Source: Antedon mediterranea (taxonomy: Eukaryota > Animalia > Echinodermata). Taken from it: a stretch of 64,000 nucleotides of DNA. The stretch covers positions 23,825,365 through 23,889,364 of the forward strand of contig NC_092678.1 in the NCBI RefSeq assembly GCF_964355755.1, in the 5' to 3' direction. Both the position numbers and the translations under genes were made by a program. Shown here piece after piece: positions 13,001 through 25,491 of the stretch (the stretch's first letter is position 1; every line of letters begins with the position of its first letter). Below the pieces are notes generated by a model. The model did not search any database. It saw only the letters and a list, made by a program, of their open reading frames with translations, and was not told the origin of the DNA.

Positions 13001-16000
13001 AATTCGACAGACTGAGTGTAAAATATGGCACTTTGCAGTCCAACACGATTCAACTTACTGCGTTTATTGCCATAGTTGCTTCGTCCAGACTGCTTCGCCT
13101 CCCTGATCCAGACGGTTTACCTCTTTGTCGATGGTACCATGAACCTGAACTGGCTATAAGATGGCGGCGATGGTAGCACATGTTGCAAAGCCATACATCC
13201 TTCTACAATAATTAAAAAAAGCGAATGAATTTAATTAAAAGGTTTACACTGTATTATAATATAAAGTACTTTTCTAAAAACCTTTAAGCCCAAAAGGCTT
13301 TTAATCCGTGTACAGTGATTTGAAATGAGACCTGGAAGTCATGTACTTTGCTTTACGTATTCTATACAATTTAAACGATTTGTACCTTTGTTTTACTTAA
13401 AATAAGTCTTTATAAGATGTATTGTATATTCTATAGGCCTATACGTTTTAACGAGTGGACATAATCCGACGCGTTAATGTAACTATAAGTGTAACCCGTG
13501 CTAATAATACTATCGCATGTTATAATGTGTACAGTATATGGACTTTGATTACTGTACATTATAAAATTTGAACCAAACAAACCCAATTGGCTATGACCAG
13601 TATGTTATTATCGACCCATTAAAACCACAAATAAGTTAATTAGTTACATTGCACTAATTTTAACGAATAAGTAAGTCCTATATAATAATAATATTTCTCT
13701 TTGAATAGAGGAAAATCACATAAGAAAATAGAATTTTCACTGTATGTTGCAATATGTTAATGTGTCTGATCACGTGGTTCCCATAAACACGTAATATTTT
13801 TAAACTATATTAGCAAAAACGTACGGTTATAAATTGTGTCCGTTATTTTTATTGTGAAGATACCGAGACCCACTTGTAATAGATGTATTATAAATAGTAT
13901 GGTTATTCCATAATAGAGATTGTGGATATACTGTATTAATAAATGTTTCTTGTATTAACGTTAGATAGAGTCCTATATTCGTTGTATCGTATGATCTGTT
14001 AACGTATTCAATCAGTGTTGTGAGTAACTGTTGTAATCATTTATGTCATAGGACATATTTCACTCATGCATTAGCTGTAGGGAAGCATACAATCGGAGTA
14101 GTTCTACATTAAATTCAACTTGTAATTTCGTCATGTTGAATGTACATCGTAACAGTGCAATTATTTCAATTCATAAACTCGGCCCAAGTAAAAACTGGCT
14201 CTAACATAGGCGCAACGCGCGGAAGCGAACGCGGACGCCCCAAGTAATTGACCAATCATACGCGATGGATTATCCAAAATGTCGCTTGTGATGAAATGAA
14301 ACCTTTTTTTTTTATGGAAGATGGGGCTTTTTGTATTGTATAAGTTTTTAGTCTAATGTCGTTTAAACAGAAACTGTACTTGATGTTACTTTGTACGGAT
14401 CTCAACCCACGCCAATTATGGATGATATCTAAATTAAATAGTATTTTAGCTGATGAATCTCATATTCTCAACAATAAGTTAGTAGTTACCAGATCTGGAA
14501 CAACAATTTCAGTAAAAACAAATAGACATACATTGTCATTCTTACCTAGCGCCATTAGACTATACAACAGTGAGTTTCAAAGATAGGTCATTAGGTCTGT
14601 TGTATTTTATATTGCTGATCATTTGTTGTTGTTTTTGTTGTTGTTAGTTCCAAGTTGATCACGAATGTAAATATTATGTATGTATTGTTTTACTTGTGTT
14701 TTTCTGCCAAGAAAACAATTATTATTATACTATGTATATGAATGACTTAATAAATCGAATCTGAATCTGAAATCTGTCCCCCACCTTCAATTCCCAGATA
14801 TATCAATTGCTTTTATTTGTTAACTTATGTTTAGCAGCAACAACACATTGCGATTAATAACCCAATAAACAAACACTGATTATATGAACATAAACGATTT
14901 TATTTTCAAATGAAAATATAATTACATGAAAATAAAGCAGCCGCAGCAGCTATTCAATAAAAAATCACGTAAAGGAATAATGAAAATATTGCCTGCTTCT
15001 CCTCAACAGAATTCAGTGAGATAGATTTCATAGATTTACATTATTGATTTTTACTCCTGCTTCTTCGTCATATTATTCAAGATGAAATGGACGTATCAGC
15101 TTCGTTTTTTAGTCTCTAATTCTGTTAAGTGGCTAGGTATATATTTCACTGCGCTGATGTATGTAAAATAGATAGATAAATAAAATTCTCATTTTGTTTT
15201 TCATTCGTCGTCTTCTTATTCTTATAATTTTGATTTCTTTTAATTCCTCTCATCTTTATATATTCATATTTGTTATCTGTTCATTATATATTTTCTATCA
15301 TATTTCTTCGCGTACTTATAATCTTCCTCAATAATCCTTTTTTAGACTTGATTTTTTATTTTCTTCAATTTTTGTCAATCTTCTGTTCTTTCCCCATTAT
15401 TATTCTTCTTATACAGCTCACATTTTCCCCTGTTGCTCATTTAACTCTTCTTCCTTTTCCTTCTCTGTTTTCGTCTTCATTTTCTTGTGATATTCTTAAC
15501 AATTATTCAATTTCGAATTAATTACAACTAGTTATGTATGCACATTATATTGAGAGACGTGTTACTCCCATAGGTTATAAAAATACGCATATAATTTATT
15601 TTTAAATTTACCATAATTATAATAAGAAACATGTCAGGCATTTTTAGAATGGAATTAAGTAATCCTGGTTGGCACTTCAATCAATATCGTTATTTCCACT
15701 AACGTGAATAAAGACGTTCAAAGCAGTATAATATGCAAATTCATTGCCAAAGTCAGCCATATCAATACTAAACATAATTGCTATTGATTTGGGATCAATA
15801 CCTAGTTCTGGTTAATGACTACCAAGTTGTAAATACGAATTTAGCATCTGTAAGAAAAACTACTAGAATGACGTCATGGAGATATCGGTGTTACGCGTTC
15901 GTACGCAAACATTGCGCGTGTAGTGTGAATAAAAAATGTTGAGGTCGGTATTCCTCTTGTGGAGAAAAGTAAAACCAACGAACAATTAAACATGATTGTT

Positions 16001-19000
16001 ACCAAGTTGTTTTAAATTTATGAAGATTGAAGAAATGTGTCTAAACAGATTCAGTTTAGAAGAGAATTTTTCTTTTTAGTTGATCCAATAGATGCAAAGT
16101 ATTAAAAAACGTTTCGCAAATATTAGGATCCAAATGAAATTATTTCAAGATTCAGTTTACACAATATTATTTAATTCAAAAGACTAGTGTCATCTATATA
16201 GTGTGTCTTTAGTTGTGATAGAATGCAACATGATAATAAATAGAGAATTCAGTATTCAGTAATATTAAAATATATGACTGAAAGGATGTCTGGTCAGTAG
16301 ATACCATAGCACCGATAAATGATATACTACTGTATCTTATTACACGTTAAGAAAGATTAGTTGAATACATTTTAAAAATGTCAAAGTACCCTATTCATTG
16401 TGTTCAGAGTTTAAGTGTTTTGCAGTCTTGACATATCACGTCCAATGTTTAGACATTGGCGCAGGCTCGCTGAAAACTGTAAGATCTCTGGCTATGAGAA
16501 AGAGAGCTTTAATTAAAAAATATGAGGTCATAGAATTAAGGGGCGAGTCATTTGTAGGGAATAACTTTCAAGAACCATAAATATTGTATATAATAGGCCT
16601 ACAACATAAAGAACATAGCCAAAATCGTCAACGTTTAGGCTATAATTTTTTTTTTTTTTACGATATTCAGTTGGTCATAACTAAAACACTCACTTTGATC
16701 ATAGACGAACTGGCTTATTTATAAAGAAGAGTTATTATTTTGACGGCCTAATTTTACATTAAAAAATATCTCCATTCATATTTATTATTCGTTCTACTTT
16801 GGGCGATCAATGTTACTTAAGCGTAAGTAATCGTTCATTGAATTCTACGTTCATGTTTTAAATTATTTTACGGAAGACGAGTTTACACATACATCTGTAT
16901 GATATGTCATGCTCGTTATACTGTAAGTAAACAAATTAAGTATTAGAAATACCGAGATCGCAAACAATTCATTTAAAATGCCAATATTTGTTGTCAGTGT
17001 TTGCTTAACGTGACGTCATATATACATCTTCTACACGTCATATACATGTCGGCTTATTTGTTGTTTATTCTAAAATTGTTGACGTCATCAAATTGCCTCT
17101 AAATATATGTTCATTTATTTTTGTAATTTATTTCTAAATTTAGAAAAACTTTGATTATTTTTCACTTTTCAAATACTGCTTATACTTTAATAAAATAGAA
17201 ATATGCATATTAGTGTGTATTTCACATATTATGTGGGATACATTTTATAATATCAGCAGTCACTTAACCATGTTTTTACCAGTTAGGCCTAGGTCTAATT
17301 GGCTTTTTTCCTTCACACAATGTTGATTAAAACTCTTATATCATTATATGTTGTATTATTATATGCAATGTTTTTGGTTCAGTATGGTTTGCTCATATCC
17401 GCATCAGAGGTTATTATTGTTGGAGCTTAACAAATAATGCATTTTCGCCGTTATTTTGGCCAACCTGATCTCAACACGTGATAGCTAATGGGTGACTTGT
17501 TTATCCCCGATGCATTATAATCAGTCGAAATAATAATCCAGATCCAAATATACTTATTGTCTAGAAATCCCAGCGGGAAAAGTGATCATTTTAGTCATCG
17601 ATATTGCAGATTTTTTGACTATGATAATGAGATATTCGATGCATAAGGATACAGTATACTGAAATCTGACTAGTTTGATAATGCGTATATATCGCGACAA
17701 TACAACAAGTTGGCGCACCCGTCTATTTTATGTGTACTGTATCTTAATTATAATATTGGATATGTTTCCTTTACGTATCAATAGCAATAAGATTTAATGT
17801 ACATAAATGTAAAAGTCGTGAGTCACACAGATCAATTATGTATCTTTACGACTACTCGATTCAGCATCCACAGTCCAACTACTCATAACATTTTGTATGA
17901 AATCAGTTTGCTGATAAATATTCCAAATGGTGTGTACTTGATTGCAGTGTACTTTATATCACGATAGTTCTTGTTTCTTATGAGGTGGTTGAACATACGA
18001 ATTTCCTTGGTGATTGGTTGCTTTTCGTGGCATTCTCCCTTCCATGGAACATCATGCCCTACCCATTAATGATCTCTTTACCGGGTTCTTTTTCTGTCAC
18101 CAGTAATGTTAAATACATCATCTTTCTTTTTTTTCATTCTCCATCTTATTCTTAACTAGGCCTACTAATTAATTATGTAAAGCCGAATATTTTCGCGCGC
18201 CCTTTTGTCGCGATATTCGGGATTTGTGTATTATTAAAAATCACCAGAAGAGAGAGACTTCTCCGTCCTCCCATCAAATCCCGATATAGTGAATAATAAA
18301 TGAAATATAAGTACTACTGTAAGTGATAAGAATTTTAATCCAAGTGACTGTGTATTTATAATTCAGAAAAAAACAGAAAATAGTTATGTGCAAAAGCTAA
18401 TAATGCGCATGTGCAGTAGAAAAAGCATGAAAATATCGATCGAATATCCGAACCATAATTGGAATTTGTGTTGCAAATATTATGGCAATAATACAATGTT
18501 ATAGGACGTAGTAATAATGCAAATGAGATAGAGCAGGCTTAGAAAAAAAACTATATTACCATAAAGCTTCTAGTATAGTAACCCCATAACAAAGCATATT
18601 ATTGTCCATAGTAATTCAGTTCAGTACCGTATAGGTAAAGCTCTGTTTACACTATCAAGCTTTATGTGACGAAAAAATGTGATGTGCCCATATATTGACA
18701 TGATGATGTCATATAACTGCCATATTTGGGCATATCACTACCATATTTGGACACAACACACTTTTTTGTCAAACTAGTTTTTTATAGTGTAGACAGAGCT
18801 TAACATGATTGAGGTTTGGGGGAATAGGGCGTAATGCTCTCTGTTATATCATGTATACCACTTCTCTCTATTTCTGACTTCTTAAAAACATTTCTTTATT
18901 TGACCGGACGTTGTTTCCAAATCAGGATTTTAGTTATTGTTATTATTATTGAAGAAGAATTCATGTTTGAAAAATAAATTGATTATGAATTTAATTGAAG

Positions 19001-22000
19001 TTGAATTTTTAGTTACCCGGAGATTGTAATTGTTACTGGTAATGAGATGATAATGACGTCATTATCAATTACCTATGAACATTTTAATACACGATAGGGT
19101 TACTAATATAAGCTTTAGAGTAAACTAAGATCTATTTGTTGCTGAAAAAAGATCAATATAGCATTCTAAATTTTGTAATAGAACTTTAAAAATATGTACT
19201 GTATATAAAAAAATGTTATGTTTTCTCTTCGACTCACCTTATGATAAGTGTTGCACAAAATAGCCAGATATACAGAATGTGGAAATAATAAAACAAACAT
19301 TAACCTTTGTACCCAGTGATTAAATTGATTCACATTATTCTATTATCATTATTACATTGATATAACAAAATATCAAATATTATTTGCTTTATGACCAGTT
19401 ATGAACAGTTAGTTGTTCAAATTAGCTGTATCTTCATTTTTCCGGCAGTTGATAATGTATGCATCAATCTCATAGCAACAAAAACAAATTACCGAATGTT
19501 AATTTTCAGTATTTTTAAATGTTTCAAAATGCAATTTGTAAATTGTAACAATGAGAATAATCTCTTGTGTATTATTAACTGTTATAATTACATAATTACT
19601 TTCTATGGAACGCGCAATTTACTGGCAATATTCACACTAGACTTATACCATAATGTCTAACCGGATTGACCGTTTAAGGAGTAACATTATTTGAAAGGGC
19701 ATAACATCCCTTTAACAATGAAATTCAGTTTTTAGGTTTTAAATTAGATAAGCACATCACATGGAAGAGCCATATAAACTTTATTAAAAATAGGATAAAA
19801 AAGAAATCTGGAATTCTGTTTAGTTTACGCCATATTGTACCCCGTAATATTTTACTTATGCTTTATAAATCATTTATTCAATCAAATATTACTTATACGT
19901 GCTACCCCAGACTTCTAAACCATAAGTCCCATCTATATCCTATTTTACTTGTCCAAAAAATGTGTCTTAGATGTATAACTTTCTCTGATTTTATGGTTCC
20001 ATCTTCTCCATTATTTAAAGATCTGGGTATTTTAGACGTTTTTAAGTTGTTTGAATTAAGTATAGTTAAGTTTGTTCATGACTAAATTAACGGCAAAACA
20101 CCACATCAAACAATGGAATACTTTTATTTAATTACACATAATGCTAGTACCAGATTTAGTAATAGATATAATTTTGCAATTCCGAAAGCTTGCACAGATG
20201 CTGGTAAATTTAGAATTTCTTTTAATGGAGCTCAACTTTGGAATAATTTACCCTTAGTTATAAAATGTACCTCTTCTAGATTTAAATTCATAAATGAAGT
20301 TAAATGTTTACTTTTACAAAAATATTAATGTTAGCCCTTGTTTACGTTATTTCTTTCATATAGTAATTGCTCTTTCTTTCTTATTGAATTATTGTTGATA
20401 GATGAAAATGTATGCATTATCACTAATTAATTTTTTTGTGACAGGAGTCAAACCTTGATTAGCAAAAGCTATTTTTTGGCTCCTTTTCACACACACATAC
20501 ATATTGTATTGTATTGTACTATTTATGTATGATGATGTGAATAAAGTTGGTATTATTATTATTATTATTATTAACATGGATAGAATATCTTTTTAATATG
20601 TGAATTAATAAGTATAACTGGAATGGCCCTTTAAGGAGTACAATTTGAAAGGGTATATTATAGCTTTAATATTATGAATTCATAATTCTAACCGGAATGA
20701 TCCTTTAAGGAGTAATCTTAAAGGGCATAGAATTGCATTTTAACATGAATTCATGAGTCTAACCAGAATGGCCCTTTAAGAAGTAATATTTGAAAGGGTA
20801 TAGAATAGCCTTTTAACATGAATCCATAAGTCTAACCGGAGTGGCCCTTTAAGGAGTAATATTTGCTTCAGCGATCTTTATACCCTGAAAGCTAGCGATG
20901 GCGTTTGCTAATTAACTCGTGCATTATTAACTCCACTCATTAAATCGCAATGTAATCAATAATATTCCATTATTGTACTACTTTAATGTATACCTAATTA
21001 CGGTGACGTAATACATTTATTATTATTACTCAGACGAACTAACCTCAATAAAAGTAATACACTATTGGCCTACCTACATAAAGATATTTTGCCTCTCAAC
21101 CATGCTGAGGCTGGGTCATATGCATGATTTTATAGGCCTATATATTTTTGAAAGAATCTTCTTGTGTAGGCCTACTTATATGGCTGAATGGTGAATGTGC
21201 GCTATATACTGAGTATTATTTGTTACAAAGTCGTGGCCTCAATGAATGAACATACCTTGTGTTAACGGTTAAACATTTCCATCCATTATTTCAATCTATT
21301 TTCAAAGCATTTATATTGTCAATGCAACGTTATGATATTATAGACTAATCCAATGAAGACAATTAGAATTTGTACTTTAGTAGTACAGTGTGAATAGGGT
21401 ATAATCGCGTTATATTTCCACATTAAGCAGCTAACCGTGTGTGAATACACATTATCTCGGCGTCAAAGTCTGCATTATGCTAAGCAGGTAGAATTCTCTA
21501 GCGACGGTGAATAATGCGACTATCAAATATACATTACTATAAAATAGCTAGCCATGATATTGCAACCAGATTCGGCTATGCATTCTATGTAATAAATATA
21601 TGTACAAAGTATAGACAATTTTACTTTCAAATTTGGAATGTTCTATACATGTTAGGCCTATAGCATACATTATAACAGAAAAAGAAAAACTACCTTATAA
21701 AATCGTGTGTAATTGTATAAAAGGTTCACTTTGAAATTATTTGATTATACTTATTAAGATAATTGTGTAAGTTGTTTAATTTCAAAATAAAACCTCGCCA
21801 CCAGCGAGTTAGTAGTTAATGCATAGCCTAAGTACAGTGTTAGGCCATTGAACGGTGTGTTTAGAAATAAAAGCAGCATTAATTTTTGCCTGCTTTGAGT
21901 TTGAATTAGGCACGCCTGTATGCCTAACAATATGATTACCGATGGTTGACTTGCTATCATTTACACCTTTCAACGCAAGATGTTTAATCAATCCAAAGAG

Positions 22001-23762
22001 AAATTTAATTTAATTATCATTATAATAAGTACATAACTTAACGTTTGTATTTAAATATCTTATAAATATATCAGAAAATAAAATGGTCACGTATTGTAAG
22101 TGACGTCATCGTGAAGAGAAACAATATTGGAGCTCTTTTCTCAATTTTGTCCGAAACTGTCAATTTTTGAAGAATAATTATCCTTTAAAACTAAAACTAG
22201 ATTTTCACATAGAGATGCAAAATTGTTCGTGTAATTACGTAACATTTTTGAACGCACATTATGTAAATTGTGTCTCTTTATGGTATTTGGTTGGTTCCCC
22301 ATTGGACGCAACTTAAGGGCATAAGCGCAACGTAAGTAGGGCCTACTTTAACCAATCACGGCGCGATGGTGGATCATCACAATGTCGCTTGTGATTGGTC
22401 ATTGGCGTTACGTGAACAGAAGTCTTTGTTAGAGATAGAAAGTTATGTACTAGGAACCTTACCTTAGTTGCCACTGATGTGACGTAAAATCCACATTGTA
22501 AACAAACTGGCCTCTCGCAATCTGCGCACGGTAAACCTTCCTGTGCCGTACCTGGCAACGCGTCTGGGCTTAGAACGGTAACTTGACATATTGGACAAAA
22601 GTTCTTATCCTTTAGGGATTCAGTGTCCGTGAATCGACTTAGAAGTGATTCCGCATACGAGGTAAAATCCTCTTCTAAATTTCTAAAATAAAAAAATAAA
22701 GAAAAACAATTCTTTAAAAATCTATTTCAGAGCTGAAATAAGTTTCATTAAAAAAAACCCTCATGGATGAGGTAATCACAACCATGGATTCGAACCCAGA
22801 ATCGAATTAAGTTGATTGTACACGCGTGTATTATGCGTGTTTATGGAGACTCGAGTGCTCGTAAAGTGTACTCATTAATATGCACGGTTGATGACTTTAG
22901 ACAAATACATCATCAATTGAACCTTGGCGTCTCATCCATTATCCGAGTTTCTTTAATTAAACTGCAAGAATTATTCACACTATTATATAAGAAGACATGA
23001 ATAACCGATGATTCTTCTTCATTCGATAGTCAGTAGTAATATTAGATGGTATAATTTAATTTCACGATACAAAAGGCTGTAATAAATAATATCTCAAACT
23101 GTTGTATATAATTTGTGCGGTAAGACCTTTTGGCATGCTATACTACTAAGACATAATATAAACAATAATTGTAATACATTGGTGTGAGATATTACTAGGC
23201 GCGGCCTAGGCCTACTTCAAATAATGCAACACCAAATGTAAAATATAGAATGTTCCTCAGTAACTATATTTATTTTGTTTACAAATCATTATTTCATACT
23301 CGGGTTTACGTTTGCAGAGAATGAACGCATTGCGTTGCTTAAGTGCGAACTTATACCGATGTCAAAATAGTAATACTTTTGCTTAAGTGATGTAATTTCC
23401 GTAATTTAGTACTGGAAGTGCCCCATCTTTAAACCCTTTTTTTATCCACACGGACTTTTAAATTGTGGCCTATTGTAAATAATGTCATGGTAATATTATT
23501 GTTTTATTAAAAAAAAAAAAATGAAATGAGTAACTAACCGTATTCTGTCTTCTTCCGTAGCCTCTAAATCCCTGGCTCTATCTAACACATCCTGTATGTG
23601 TTTTTTTTCTTCAACAGTTAGATGGCTTAGATCTGCTTCAAGCTCAGGTGGTTCTATGGGTAAGTTGTTGTCAGCGGCTAGTGCAGGTATACTATCCCTT
23701 CGTATATGTGAATCTCGTACTTGGTACAGCTCAGATTCATCCTGACTCTCCGTATTCCCCAT
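208..23762 (-). CDS. PCLO: Piccolo-like (Piccolo/RIM/Fife family) active-zone scaffold, multi-exon, 3' end outside window
   Basis: GT-AG exons with consistent phases: 23539-23762, 22463-22682, 13059-13202, 12506-12683, 8465-11523, 7422-8222, 6649-7191, 6383-6539, 5787-5891, (5699-5727 uncertain), 4049-4180, 2751-2931, 2233-2353, 1893-1975, 1187-1329, 1024-1068, 763-893, 208-373; ~2,100 aa in window. Motifs matching vertebrate Piccolo from memory: MGNxxS start, [59 protein letters not shown], GVDP linker, C2A [43 protein letters not shown]. Confidence 0.8.
2233..2931 (-). CDS. Piccolo-like PDZ domain (exons 2751-2931 and 2233-2353)
   Basis: [65 protein letters not shown]. Confidence 0.9.
3058..3206. 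mobile_element. MITE, PIF/Harbinger-like; family copies at 18637-18803 and partial 2060-2143
   Basis: TIR AAGCTCTGTCTACACTATCAAAC / GTTTGATAGTGTAGACAGAGCTT; shared internal gtgcccatatattggac segment. Confidence 0.7.
8465..11523 (-). CDS. Piccolo-like giant (3059 nt) Ser/Glu/Pro-rich exon
   Basis: 1047-aa ORF bounded by ttttcag| and GGA|gtaagt; acidic tracts and proline-rich PPAPPPIPPKP. Confidence 0.85.
13059..13202 (-). CDS. Piccolo-like exon 3: zinc finger C-terminal part plus SGxWY motif
   Basis: tgtag|KDVWLCNMCYHRRHLIASSGSWY..; donor GCA|gtaagt; below the ORF-track cutoff. Confidence 0.85.
14420..14776 (+). mobile_element. 3' fragment of a non-LTR retrotransposon (Rex-Babar/L2-like)
   Basis: ILADESHIL..KTNRHTLSFLPSAIRLYN, then AATAAA and (GAATCT)n tail. 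Confidence 0.7.
18637..18803. mobile_element. MITE, same family as 3058-3206
   Basis: aaagctctgtttacactatcaag..atagtgtagacagagctt. Confidence 0.7.
19720..20572 (+). mobile_element. 5'-truncated, decayed CR1/L2-type LINE
   Basis: FLGFKLDKHITWKSHI..LYKSFIQSNITY..QKMCLRCI..PLFKDLGIL..GAQLWNNLP; AATAAA and (TAT)n tail. Confidence 0.8.
20575..20866. repeat. ~70-bp tandem repeat (about 4 units; a fifth at 19656-19728)
   Basis: tctaaccggaatggccctttaaggagtaatatttgaaaggg.. repeated. Confidence 0.75.
22290..22420. repeat. Dispersed palindromic repeat (MITE-like); other copies at ~12-70 and ~14195-14292
   Basis: Core accaatcac..cgcgatgg..tgtcgcttgtgattggtca seen three times, in both orientations. Confidence 0.55.
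22463..22682 (-). CDS. Piccolo-like exon 2: zinc finger, N-terminal part
   Basis: ttttag|A AAT TTA..; encodes CPICQV..CADCERPVCLQCGF; donor AAG|gtaagg. Confidence 0.85.
23539..23762 (-). CDS. Piccolo-like exon 1: N-myristoylation-type start and Rab-binding-type helix
   Basis: MGNTES fits MGxxxS; [20 protein letters not shown]; donor CG|gttagt. Confidence 0.85.
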
Positions 23763-23850
23763 TTTTAATGAACAACTAAAGACGACTTATTACCTAAACC
23801 AGTACTTTACATTACGGATCATTGTTTTCCTGTTTGCCCCACCTTGTCGT

Positions 23851-23990
23851 CATAACATATGCTGAATTAAATACTACGCGGCTTGTGTTGCCATAACAAT
23901 GCTGAAATACTACGCGTCTTGGGTTGCCATAACATATGCTGCAATACTACGCGTCTTGGGTTGCTATAACATATGCTGAAATATTACGCG
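23851..23990. repeat. ~37-bp tandem repeat x4 just upstream of the Piccolo-like ATG
   Basis: cataacatatgctgaaatactacgcgtcttgggttgc units. Confidence 0.85.
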
Positions 23991-25491
23991 AAGTCTTAGA
24001 TTGTTTAGTAGTACTAGTAGCCTATATCAATGGGTTTAATTATGAACGCATAGTTTCACGATGCTATTCGTATATTCATAGCATGTAATCGATTGAAAAT
24101 TCAGCTAGCGCCTAATCAACGATTTTCTTGAGATGAATACAGATGCAGCTTGAACGGAACTCGAAATGATTCAATTTCGCTTCTACAAAAATCACAATTC
24201 GACATAAAATTATTACAAGTTGAAAATATACAAACTTAATGTTATCTACGTTACCAAGAATGATGTATGATGTTTTTATGCTTTCTATAATGGTATTCTC
24301 TCTTCAGTCTCTTACGCCTTATTTCCACTTAAAATAGTCATCGCGTTCCAGTTATGGTAACGAATTCCTTATACGATAAATAAACCAACGTACAAATAAT
24401 AATAATAAATGGTTGACGTAATAAAACAAAATAAAAGAATGGTAATCCTATTTCTGCAACATCTATTGCACTAAAAGCACCGGGAATGAAGCAGTTGGTA
24501 CACACAGCGAGAGAGATGTCGACGACGATCTAGGCAATAAGGCGATGCTGATGCACGCTAAATGTCTGCTGCATCCATTCCGCATAATAGATCTATCCAC
24601 GAGCGATTATCATAATTAAGTTGAGCTCATCCAAGCGTATCAGACAATGGTGCATGCGTATTGTGTACTTTCTAATTATTAACAACAGTATAATATCAAC
24701 AATGTAATGACTGAAGTTTTTAAAGTAATATATTAAGCAATCTAAAGAAATGTCATGTTATCATAATTAATTCAGTATTTTATTCAAAAGGTTATAATAG
24801 ATCAATATACTTAACCATGATTATAAAATATTATGTTACATTGAAAACAAAAATCATGGGGCGTCAATAAAAATCACAATTTTTCAAGGGACCCTTTTTG
24901 TGTTCTTAACTACTGAAAACAAAAGTCTGGATTCAACCCCATTATTCAAGACTTTTATTTGTACTATATTTTTAAAAGTGTGTACCCTATCGTCTAAATA
25001 TATAGACCACTTCTACCATGTTGATTAAACGGCGTATACTTGTTATGGAAGCTACATAATTATATTTGATACACGGCAACTGTATGGATGTTTTAATATG
25101 CCATTATGGGACATTGGTTGTAAAAAGTAGTGGACCAAGAGGTGGTACTATGGTGATAGTGGAAGTCCACCATAATTAACGGTTGACCACGACAGTAAAA
25201 TTTGTATGAAAGTTGAGGTCCTGGATGTGATGAATAAAGTGTACCAAATGGCATGAAATTACCATCGTGCGCAAATCATATCGGGTTTTTATTTATATAT
25301 TGTACAAACAGAATGGTAGTCGAAAAAAACGTCAAAACAGTCTTTTTCCATCAAGGTTCAATGTTTGCGCCATTGGCGTTTCATACATAATTTTAATTTT
25401 TAAAAAGTCACGTGTTATTGTTTTGGATTGCGTTGCAGATGCGAAGCGTGCAGACTTGTTTCTATACATTAACTTTACTTGCTAAAATAGG

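Noticed and set aside
15180-15520. Purine-rich (- strand) stretch resembling a Lys/Glu-rich exon; hydrophobic ORF on +
   Set aside because: Stops interrupt the frames examined and no convincing splice sites; low-complexity sequence.
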